A stretch of DNA of 32,000 bases from contig CAKUIA010000001.1 in the NCBI GenBank assembly GCA_934660865.1, positions 90,001-122,000 of the forward strand. Direction: 5' to 3'. The stretch's first letter is position 1. Each line of letters begins with the position of its first letter. The stretch comes from an uncultured Opitutales bacterium (lineage in GTDB: Bacteria; Verrucomicrobiota; Verrucomicrobiia; Opitutales; Intestinicryptomonadaceae). Of the stretch, positions 6,314 to 14,485 are shown piece by piece. A program made the position numbers and the translations under genes. The notes below the pieces were generated by a model. It was not told the DNA's origin and made no database searches. It saw only the letters and a list, made by a program, of their open reading frames with translations.

Positions 6314-8710
6314 TTATCCATCTATCAACACGACTCCCGGAAATTGTTTCTTCATTTCTGATTGATTCTTTTCATCTTCACCATTCTCATTATCATCATT
6401 TTTCTCATTATCATCATTTTTCCCATTATCATCATTTGTCAATTCAAAGACTTCAAGCAAACACTCTAGGAAATTTTGCATTAGGGTTTTATTCTCTTTG
6501 CCATCCAAATTATATTTATTCACGAAAGATTTCAAACACTCTATAATTTTTTTTGATTCTAGTATAGATAAATTAAGCTGCTCCCAACTGCTAATATTCC
6601 ATTTATACGCCATATCTCTTTTTCTCAATTCAGGTACACTTTCAGTGCTTAAACAGATATTGTTTTTAGAATATCTTTTATTTTGTGTAGAAGCCAAAGC
6701 AAACGCGTTTACATAAACTATTATTAACTTTTTTACGAATTTCGAAAACTGAAATTTTTCTGAACCCTTTTCTGTGCTCTTTGGATTTGATTTCTTAGCT
6801 TTTGATTTATTAGATCCTTTTTTCATCTCAGAAAGAATTGCATCCACATTCGCCCTGAACTTGCCGTACATACAATAAATAAATGATGCAGAACAAGCAA
6901 TTTTTTCAAAACTCTTTAATTCATCTACAAATAGTTCCTTGTTCGTTATCTCTTCGTACTTAATTCGTTGATAATCGTCGGTCAATTCTTTGTCATTTTT
7001 GTCATTTTTGTCATTTTCGTCGTCATCAAAATTGTTGCCATTGATATTTTGCACTCTTTTGTAGTCGTTCATGAATATTTCATTATCGAAACCAAATGAA
7101 TAGTTTTCCTCATCATTTGCAATATCCGACGGAGAAAATAGTTTAGCTGTAATCCACAAGAAAAACTTATCCGGCGAAACATAAATTCTGGAACCATTCG
7201 GAATATCCGCCTCATAAGTTATTATATAAAACAACTTCTCTAGATTATTTTCTGGATTTTCGAAATTGTTTTCATTATTTTTGCCAGTTTTTGGATAGTA
7301 TGCAAGCAGTTTATTTTGTGGTTCAGAATACGGAAAATACTTTTCGATATCCGAAAATTTTGCAAAGCGTTTTACGCTGAAATTTTCTTCAACTTCTTTG
7401 TCTTTAAGGTCTATTTGGCTTTCGCCGCCGTAGGCATTGCAATTTGCCTTTGCAAAGTCGAATATAGTTCTATCGGTAGTACCGCCACCATATTCATAAA
7501 AATCCATAATGCGTTTATTTAAAAGTGCATAACTTATGTTTTCTTTGGCAAACGCGTCTTTTACTTGCGCTAAAAATTGGAAAAACTCCCTTAGGTTATT
7601 AAAAGGAACAGGGGCGTCTTTGCTGTTAAATATGTTGTTATCGCGCATTAAATATCCGCAATTTAAATTAAAGCTTTCTTTTATCTGAGCTACTATATTC
7701 GATATGGATTGCTCATTCCATTTATGCCCTTCATTTATTTTTACGCTGATACTTTCATCTTTTACTATGTCGCGCACATTTATCAGCCTTATCCTTCTAT
7801 TTCTCGGCAAAACTTTTTCCAAATACCTGTCGCTTAAATCATAGCTTTTCGAAATAAAATACATATCTTTGGCTTCGGAATCGTTTTCGGCTTTAGCTTG
7901 AGATATACGATCGATTTTTGAATACAATCTTTTAATTCCTTCGTCCGAAATCCTGTCGTTATGGGTCATTTGGCGGAAGAATTCTATTGTAAATATCCTG
8001 TGATACATTTCGATATCGCCCGAAATAACGGGCATAATATAGGGAGTTGCCAAATATTTCCTAATCTTTTCCAGAACCTCAAACCCGTGAATAAAAGACA
8101 TATCAATATCGTCTATAGGCAATACAAGGAAGGAGCATTTCAATACATCTACGGCTTTTTTCATTAATTCGTGTATGCCCTGCTCAAGATTTAGGGCATT
8201 TTGTTCGTCTAAGATATTGTCTAAACCCGTAGATTTTTTCGAATTGCAAATAGCTTCGCTAAGCTCGGCAACCTCCGAAAGTTTGTTGAAAAATTCCTTC
8301 GCCGAATCCCCGTTTCTGTCGCTTAGTAAATCCAAATTGCGCTTTTTTACGGTATCGGCAATTCTTCCGAGTACAATCGAAAGGAAATTGTCGTTGTCGT
8401 GAATTAGCGTTGGGTCTATAATATCCAATATATACGGAGGGTTTTCCAGCTTGCCTTTTATTGCGGTCTTTATGTTTAAAAGAAACGTCGTTTTTCCGCT
8501 TCCCCTTTCACCCGATATAAATACGGAATTATGGCTTCGCAGAGCCGGATACGTTTTTTCTTCCGACTTCTTTATTTGCCCTACATGTGCATTTATTATT
8601 TCCAACAACCGCGAAAATGCGGCATTTTGCAATATATTTGAGGCTTCCGAAAAAGCCTCGGGGTTTAAACTTTTATTTAAATCTATTGTAATTTTGTTGA
8701 GTGTTGCCAT
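6314..8710 (-). CDS. rdrA: Large KAP-like P-loop NTPase (798 aa); RdrA-like partner of the deaminase
   Basis: Walker A GERGSGKT (aa 67-74, nt 8489-8512). Walker B-like FLVLPIDDIDM (aa 194-204, nt about 8108-8131), resembling the KAP-family hhhIDDLDR motif. A long, mostly helical-looking C-terminal region contains D/N/K/E low-complexity tracts. The gene sits immediately upstream of the deaminase on the same strand. The symbol reflects architecture only. Confidence 0.7.
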   Translation of the reverse strand: MATLNKITIDLNKSLNPEAFSEASNILQNAAFSRLLEIINAHVGQIKKSEEKTYPALRSHNSVFISGERGSGKTTFLLNIKTAIKGKLENPPYILDIIDPTLIHDNDNFLSIVLGRIADTVKKRNLDLLSDRNGDSAKEFFNKLSEVAELSEAICNSKKSTGLDNILDEQNALNLEQGIHELMKKAVDVLKCSFLVLPIDDIDMSFIHGFEVLEKIRKYLATPYIMPVISGDIEMYHRIFTIEFFRQMTHNDRISDEGIKRLYSKIDRISQAKAENDSEAKDMYFISKSYDLSDRYLEKVLPRNRRIRLINVRDIVKDESISVKINEGHKWNEQSISNIVAQIKESFNLNCGYLMRDNNIFNSKDAPVPFNNLREFFQFLAQVKDAFAKENISYALLNKRIMDFYEYGGGTTDRTIFDFAKANCNAYGGESQIDLKDKEVEENFSVKRFAKFSDIEKYFPYSEPQNKLLAYYPKTGKNNENNFENPENNLEKLFYIITYEADIPNGSRIYVSPDKFFLWITAKLFSPSDIANDEENYSFGFDNEIFMNDYKRVQNINGNNFDDDENDKNDKNDKELTDDYQRIKYEEITNKELFVDELKSFEKIACSASFIYCMYGKFRANVDAILSEMKKGSNKSKAKKSNPKSTEKGSEKFQFSKFVKKLIIVYVNAFALASTQNKRYSKNNICLSTESVPELRKRDMAYKWNISSWEQLNLSILESKKIIECLKSFVNKYNLDGKENKTLMQNFLECLLEVFELTNDDNGKNDDNEKNDDNENGEDEKNQSEMKKQFPGVVLIDG

Positions 8711-8732
8711 AGCGTTAATCTTTTAAATGCAC

Positions 8733-8761
8733 AAATATCTTATTAACGCGATTTTTGTCAA
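8733..8761 (-). promoter_or_regulatory. Candidate sigma70-like promoter for the ATPase-deaminase cassette
   Basis: Read on the minus strand: TTGACA (8761->8756), a 16-17 nt spacer, then GATATT/ATATTT (8739->8733). This is about 25 nt upstream of the ATG at 8710. The -10 element is weak and the host promoter consensus is unknown. Confidence 0.25.
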
Positions 8762-8912
8762 GATATATTTTTAGATGGATTATGAAATCGCACAAACCTA
8801 AAGCAAATATGCAAAATAGCATTGAGTATAACACATACATTACCTTATGTGATATATATAAAGTTTTTGCCTAAAATATATACAATTTGAGTGCTAGAAT
8901 CTCCCGTTTTCA

Positions 8913-9191
8913 TTAAAAAACATTGGGATATTTTTCGTCTATCGTGCTTAAGATGTATATGGCAATAGATTCACGGCTCGATAATCTCAAATGTGCAGAC
9001 ATAGCCGCCACAAACAACGACTTTAGATGTAATAAAGGCAATGTTTTGCCTTTGCATTTCGGCAAAAAAGCATTGTTTTGCGCGATAAATTGCGGTTGGA
9101 TTAGTTTTAGCAATCCGCCTATGTCTTGCGCCTCTAAAACGAAGGAAAAAAGGAAAACCGACAATATCAAAAGGCATATTTTCGGCTTCAT
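8913..9191 (-). CDS. Small secreted hypothetical protein (92 aa)
   Basis: Signal-peptide-like N-terminus MKPKICLLILSVFLFSFVLEAQ. Starts 18 nt downstream of the preceding minus-strand ORF. Confidence 0.4.
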   Translation of the reverse strand: MKPKICLLILSVFLFSFVLEAQDIGGLLKLIQPQFIAQNNAFLPKCKGKTLPLLHLKSLFVAAMSAHLRLSSRESIAIYILSTIDEKYPNVF

Positions 9192-9208
9192 TTACATTCC
9201 TTTTTATA

Positions 9209-10012
9209 CTATTGCCAAAAAACTTTTGCGTTTACGCGCCCTTGGATTGCCTCAATAAGCGACCTGGTTCTTAAATCGAATTTCGAAAACTTTACTTTTT
9301 TGCCGTTTGCCGAAAATTCGATTTCAACGCTTTGCTCTTTTGCCAAAATTTTGTCTATATCGCTTTGCGAAAGTTTGTCGGCAAAAACACCGTTTATTTT
9401 CAAAATTTTTGCAGCGCCTTGCGGAATATCGGCATTGCCGGAATATAGATATTTGCTCCATTGGTCGTCGAAAAGCAAAGCATAGGAGTTATCGCTTTGC
9501 TTTTTAATTTTAAAGCCCCATTTGTAAGCTTTGCCCTTGTAGTTATCGTAATCGCAGTCTTCAACATAAGTTGGCTCGACATAGTCGGGAGAATTTTTGT
9601 CGAACACAAATTTGGTGCTAGCGGTTATGGTAGAGTTTTTGTAGGAATAATTTAATTTTTCGATTAGCACGCCCTGCTTTTTTATCAGCAAATCGCCGTT
9701 CGACAAATTAAAGCTTTTTTCGCCGTCTGTATTATCTGCAACATATTTGGCGGCTTGGGATACTTTCGACTTTAAAATTTCGTAATCTAAAGCGGGCTCT
9801 GCATTTGGCAAATTTGCAGCCTTTTGCCTTTTTCCGATTTCGAATAAATTTGTGGGCAATGGCTGCAAAAGTGTATCGACATTCAAATACGCCCCAAGCA
9901 AAAAACATAAATACATATCCGGATATGCCGTGCCAATGTTTGGGCGCAATCTTATAAAAGCGTTTTTATCTTTCGTAATCCCAAAAAGCATGCTTTCGCC
10001 CTTCGACAACAA
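9209..10012 (-). CDS. Hypothetical protein (267 aa as tracked, non-ATG start); probably the C-terminal part of a frame-shifted or split secreted-protein gene
   Basis: Long ORF with no signal peptide. The tracked start is TTG, and the ORF overlaps the upstream ORF (9952-10344) by 61 nt in a different frame. Confidence 0.45.
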   Translation of the reverse strand: MLSKGESMLFGITKDKNAFIRLRPNIGTAYPDMYLCFLLGAYLNVDTLLQPLPTNLFEIGKRQKAANLPNAEPALDYEILKSKVSQAAKYVADNTDGEKSFNLSNGDLLIKKQGVLIEKLNYSYKNSTITASTKFVFDKNSPDYVEPTYVEDCDYDNYKGKAYKWGFKIKKQSDNSYALLFDDQWSKYLYSGNADIPQGAAKILKINGVFADKLSQSDIDKILAKEQSVEIEFSANGKKVKFSKFDLRTRSLIEAIQGRVNAKVFWQ

Positions 10013-10344
10013 GCTGTATTTTGCGAGTATATGTAGGCAACCAAATTCGGCTCCGGTTCGCTTCTTTTTATTTTAAGCTCTATAGTGTTGTCTTTGCCCC
10101 ATACAAAAACTTCAACCTCGGTTTTTTGGTTGTTAACATTTTGCGTTATTTGTGTTTTAGACATAACAATGCCCTTTGCCTTATAGGCGGCAAAAAGTGC
10201 AGACGAAGCTTCGCCGTAGTCTAGCAAGTTTATAGCTTCCAACAACTTAACATTTTGCGCGTTCAAACAAAATGCGGCACAGAATGCCCACCATATAACA
10301 ATTTTAGCCAAGCGTTTCATTTTATCCATTTTTAGCGGTTGCAA
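9952..10344 (-). CDS. Hypothetical secreted protein fragment (130 aa); probably the N-terminal part of the same split gene
   Basis: Signal peptide MKRLAKIVIWWAFCAAFCLNAQ. The last about 20 residues (..CCRRAKACFLGLRKIKTLL) look like out-of-frame read-through. Confidence 0.45.
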   Translation of the reverse strand: MQPLKMDKMKRLAKIVIWWAFCAAFCLNAQNVKLLEAINLLDYGEASSALFAAYKAKGIVMSKTQITQNVNNQKTEVEVFVWGKDNTIELKIKRSEPEPNLVAYIYSQNTACCRRAKACFLGLRKIKTLL

Positions 10345-10455
10345 ATATCTTGTATCTTTAGGTACAAAATAGACGCGTTTATTTTATATGTCAATAAAAT
10401 ACTGTTTATATAAATGTAGGTATTATTTGGCCAAAACAAAATTTTATAAATAAAA

Positions 10456-10914
10456 CTAAAGCGTCGCCGTTTTATTTGTCCTTTCGGCAAGTTCCCGCAA
10501 AAAAAGCTTCTTTTGTTTGGGCGAAACAAAGGTAAATTTCTGTTCGCGCCCCAAAATATCGTTTGCCAGAAAAAATCCTTTTATTTCTTTTGCGTCCAAA
10601 TCTATTTTTATGCAGTCTGTAGACATTATCGGAGCTTTATATTTAAGCGGCATTTTACATTCGCCGAACGACAATATGTTTTTATACGGAATTTTCCCCT
10701 TTATAAAAGGCCCGCACCTGATTTCCAGCCAATTTTCGGCAAACACATACCTTATCGGGAAGAAAACCGCAAAAAGAGCCGACAGCACAAAGAAAAGTTC
10801 AAGAGCAGGCATTTTCCCCGTATTCGAAGGGCTTAAATAAATCGCCAAAAATACAAAAGGCACTGCCAATATTATGTAAAACCACCAATCAATTTTGGAA
10901 TTGTAAACTTTCAT
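10456..10914 (-). CDS. Small membrane protein with a bacterial PH-like domain (152 aa from the ATG at 10914)
   Basis: From MKVYNSKIDWWFYIILAVPFVFLAIY... there are two TM helices followed by a soluble domain (..IKIDLDAKEIKGFFLANDILGREQKFTFVSPKQKKLFLREL). This is reminiscent of the bPH/DUF1200-type family. The tracked 5' extension to 11097 has no supporting features. Confidence 0.55.
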   Translation of the reverse strand: MKVYNSKIDWWFYIILAVPFVFLAIYLSPSNTGKMPALELFFVLSALFAVFFPIRYVFAENWLEIRCGPFIKGKIPYKNILSFGECKMPLKYKAPIMSTDCIKIDLDAKEIKGFFLANDILGREQKFTFVSPKQKKLFLRELAERTNKTATL

Positions 10915-11141
10915 ACCCGCATACCTACCAAAATTGGCAGTGTATGTAAATAATATATTAATTGGCACAATTTTAAGCTTCGCAAAAAAAACGGTTTCTC
11001 CGCCGAACACACACAAATACCGCATTTGCATGCAAAAAACTTTTGCCTTACATAAAAAACGGGGCAGCTTCGCCTTAATGTACAAATTTAACGTCAAATT
11101 AAGGCAAAATTGCCCTACACAAAATCTATAGGAAAACTACC

Positions 11142-13052
11142 CTACTTTTCCTCTACATATACGTCAAACGGCTTAAGCGTCTTGTTGTTCGGCAAAACAT
11201 AATCGATTTCGCCAAAATTTGCGGTAACACTTACACCGTTTGAAAAAGTTGTTTTTTGAACTGTTTTATCTTTTGTAAGATATTCAAAGTCGACCATCTT
11301 TTCAAACGCAACCTTGCGGGCTATGGCTGTTGCCCTTTTATACGACTTTGCAATTTTATCTTTCAACAAATCCCAGTTTGAAAGCTTAAAGCTATACAAA
11401 GGCGGATAGCCGTATAACGCGCTTAAAGCGTCTATCCTATTCATTATATCTGGATAATTTGCGGGAGTGTCGCCCCAATACCAATACTGCACGGCGCAAT
11501 CGTGATATGCCAAATCCCAAATGGGAAATCTGTATTTTGCATTGAACATATAGTCGGTTACATTTTTGGGGATTTCGTTTAATTTTAAAACATCGGTTTG
11601 CTTGCGCCCGGAATCCGGATTGCGGAAAGGAACGGCATTTAGCAGACCTTCGGCGTAATCGTAGCTGCCTACAAATAACTCGTGTCCGCATTCTACGCCG
11701 TTTACAAGCCCTATACTGTGCAAATATTCGTTTTGTGCTATAATTGCATTTGCGCTTTGCGTACGGGTTGCTGGGTGTTTTTCGCTGTAACATTCCTGCA
11801 AAGGAGAAGTTGCCTGGACATCTATAAACCTGGCATTATAACGGTGTCCGCGCAAATTTTCGGCGGCAATTTCCTTTGTCATATAAAGCGCGCATACATC
11901 GCAAACAGCCTGTTGATCGTACATATTGCCGTCTAAGCCGTGAACCTTCCACGCGGTAATAGGTTTTTTATCTTGCGAAATACATACAACATCTGGCCAA
12001 TATTTTGTGCGTTTTTCCGAAAACTTTACCCTAACGGGAACGATTTTATCTACTATATTTGCGGGCAAAACATCTCGGTATAAATCGTAATGCCCCGACA
12101 AATAACCCTTTGCCTTTATATATTCTATATCTTCGGGCGACTCGTCTTCTATATTATTAAGAAAAACGTTGTCTATGCCAAGTTCGTCCATCTGCGAAAT
12201 TATTTTTCTTATATCGCGTTTAGGTTCGTTGGCAATTTTGGGGCGCCCGTACATTTCGTTCGAATAATTGTCGCGCCAAATCCAAAAACTTGCCGTCCCC
12301 TTCAATTTATTTACGTTAGGGTTTTCCCTTGCCTTTTCCGACAGCGATTTTACAGGCTGCACACTATTGCGCCATTGTCTATACTTTGCCATTAAAGGAC
12401 CTATTTTTGTACCGACAAAAAAGCGTATCGTTTTGTCGTATGCAAATTCTCCCTTTTGCGGACGCCAAAGAATTGCCGAGTGGGCAAGGTTGTTTTCCTG
12501 AAAATTTCTTACCTGGGCATCGTACGGAAGTTTTACGGCGCTTATAACATATTCGCCGTTGCGCTCGAACGCCGTAAGCGACATAGACCAAAGCACACCG
12601 CAAACCATCGACAACGATTTATGACCCATAAACTCCGTTTCAACCGGGAAAGCATAACCCGTCGAAATCGGGTAAATTGCAGTATCTTTTTTTTGCATTT
12701 TCCAAGCGGGCGGATACGCTATTGCCTGTTTTTGTTTGCCGATTGCGCTTAATGTAAGCTCAAAAGAAGAGTCGTCTACAAGCGATATTTTTGCGCCAAT
12801 CAAAAGCTCGGCTTTTATGTCGAAAAGCAATTCATTGTCTTTTACCCTAATGTTTTTGATTTCATATGCAGGATCTAACTGCCTATATATAGATTTCGTA
12901 CCTTTTACGAGCAATTCCATTTGCCCGTTATCCGACATCGAAATTTTTAGGCCTTTGTTTTCTATTTCGGCCGTTTTCGCAAACAAATGCGCCGCCGAAA
13001 AGCACAATACCACAGCCAACTTAAAGAACATTTTTACATTAAAAATGCGCAT
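11142..13052 (-). CDS. Secreted hypothetical protein (636 aa), possibly a glycoside hydrolase-like enzyme
   Basis: Signal peptide MFFKLAVVLCFSAAHLFAKT. Long uninterrupted ORF with core-like composition. The functional guess is weak, since I recognise no diagnostic catalytic motif. Confidence 0.6.
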   Translation of the reverse strand: MRIFNVKMFFKLAVVLCFSAAHLFAKTAEIENKGLKISMSDNGQMELLVKGTKSIYRQLDPAYEIKNIRVKDNELLFDIKAELLIGAKISLVDDSSFELTLSAIGKQKQAIAYPPAWKMQKKDTAIYPISTGYAFPVETEFMGHKSLSMVCGVLWSMSLTAFERNGEYVISAVKLPYDAQVRNFQENNLAHSAILWRPQKGEFAYDKTIRFFVGTKIGPLMAKYRQWRNSVQPVKSLSEKARENPNVNKLKGTASFWIWRDNYSNEMYGRPKIANEPKRDIRKIISQMDELGIDNVFLNNIEDESPEDIEYIKAKGYLSGHYDLYRDVLPANIVDKIVPVRVKFSEKRTKYWPDVVCISQDKKPITAWKVHGLDGNMYDQQAVCDVCALYMTKEIAAENLRGHRYNARFIDVQATSPLQECYSEKHPATRTQSANAIIAQNEYLHSIGLVNGVECGHELFVGSYDYAEGLLNAVPFRNPDSGRKQTDVLKLNEIPKNVTDYMFNAKYRFPIWDLAYHDCAVQYWYWGDTPANYPDIMNRIDALSALYGYPPLYSFKLSNWDLLKDKIAKSYKRATAIARKVAFEKMVDFEYLTKDKTVQKTTFSNGVSVTANFGEIDYVLPNNKTLKPFDVYVEEK

Positions 13053-13135
13053 AACTTTTCCTCCAAAACATCAAAACTATATAACGATTCACCGATTCTA
13101 CCTAAACCCGCCTATTTCCGTCAAGAAATAAAAAA

Positions 13136-14482
13136 CTATTTGCGGGGGAAAAGCTTTAGGCGTATGCCGTCTTGGATAAGCAGGGAATCGTATAAACCCG
13201 CCCTGTTAAAGTGCATTGCTATGCAATATGCAATAAAATTGCCCACCATTAGGGGCAATATTAGCGAGTAGTTTAGCGTTAGCTCGAAAATTATTACAAC
13301 CGAGGTTATCGGGCAGCGGATTATTGCCGCAAAGCACGCCCCCATGCCCAGCAAAACACCCGCCGAAACAAGGTTTGCGCTTTCGCCGAAAACGGGAGTA
13401 AACAAAACTCCCAAAACGCCGCCAAGCATGCCGCCTATAACAAGCGTGGGCGAAAACAGGCCGCCGCTGCCGCCCATTGCGTAGTTTACCACGGTTGCCA
13501 AAAACTTAAAAAGGCATATAACGGCCATGCCCGACAGCAAAATTTCGCCGTTAAATGCGGGTATTAACGCCGAATACCCCACGCTAAAAACGGCATTATA
13601 ACCCGTTTTATAGTAGGCGTAGGTTGCAACAATGCCAACCGCCAAGCCGCCCAAAGTTGTTGTGGCCCAATACGGCAGCTTTTTTTGGCGCTTTGCAAAA
13701 CCGCGCAATTTAAGCAAAAGCCTTAAAAACAAAACGCCGACAAAACCCGCGCAAACGGCAACTGCCACCGAAAACAACATCCATATTCCCGTGTGAAAAT
13801 CGGCATCGGGCACGCCTATAACGGGGTGCTCGCCCACTATAAGGCGCGAAACTGCCGCCGCCAAAACAACAGCCAACACCATTCCCCCAAAGTGCCTTAT
13901 TTTTGCGTTGCCCGTATTAAGGAGTTCTTCGAACACAAAGCTTATAGACGAAAGAGGGGCGTTGAAACTTGCCGAAATGCCGCTTGCCATACCGACGGGC
14001 ACGGCGTCTTTTACACCGAATTTTGAAAAGCCCAACTTTTGCGCCAAAACCGAGGCAAAGGCCGAGCACAAGTGTACCGTTGGTCCTTCCCTGCCCGCGC
14101 TGTTGCCAAAACCGCAAAAAATTGTGCCCATTAAAAACCTGCAAACAATTTCCTTAAACCTAAATACGCCCCAGTTGTTGTAAAACCTTGCCTTTGTTTG
14201 CGGAATGCCGCTGCCTTTGGCATTGCCCTTTGCGAATGTGGAAAGCGAAACGCCCACAACAAACGCGCCAAAAGCGGGCAACAACGGCATTAGCCACCAG
14301 CGGTTTTGCTCGCCCAAAATTGCGCCAAAACCCCAATCCATATTAAACAGCCCGAATATGGAAAGCTGAAAGGCAACCGCAAGCGCGCCGCCAAATACGC
14401 CTATTAGGGCGCACAAAAAAAGGAATCGGTTTTTATGCCAGCTAAAATACTTTAAAAACCTTAAAAAACTTTCGTGGTGCAT
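13136..14482 (-). CDS. ClC-family chloride channel / H+-Cl- antiporter (448 aa)
   Basis: The three ClC selectivity-filter motifs are present: GSGIPQ, GREGPTVH and GGSGGLFSPTL. The protein is polytopic and hydrophobic. Confidence 0.9.
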   Translation of the reverse strand: MHHESFLRFLKYFSWHKNRFLFLCALIGVFGGALAVAFQLSIFGLFNMDWGFGAILGEQNRWWLMPLLPAFGAFVVGVSLSTFAKGNAKGSGIPQTKARFYNNWGVFRFKEIVCRFLMGTIFCGFGNSAGREGPTVHLCSAFASVLAQKLGFSKFGVKDAVPVGMASGISASFNAPLSSISFVFEELLNTGNAKIRHFGGMVLAVVLAAAVSRLIVGEHPVIGVPDADFHTGIWMLFSVAVAVCAGFVGVLFLRLLLKLRGFAKRQKKLPYWATTTLGGLAVGIVATYAYYKTGYNAVFSVGYSALIPAFNGEILLSGMAVICLFKFLATVVNYAMGGSGGLFSPTLVIGGMLGGVLGVLFTPVFGESANLVSAGVLLGMGACFAAIIRCPITSVVIIFELTLNYSLILPLMVGNFIAYCIAMHFNRAGLYDSLLIQDGIRLKLFPRK

Positions 14483-14485
14483 ACG

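Noticed and set aside
10915-11097. 5' extension of the PH-domain membrane protein ORF. The GH2 ORF (21476-21535) and the acidic-tail ORF (21315-21335) have similar extensions
   Set aside because: The extensions encode nonsense-like sequence ahead of an internal ATG that is followed immediately by a proper TM or signal segment. I prefer the shorter starts.
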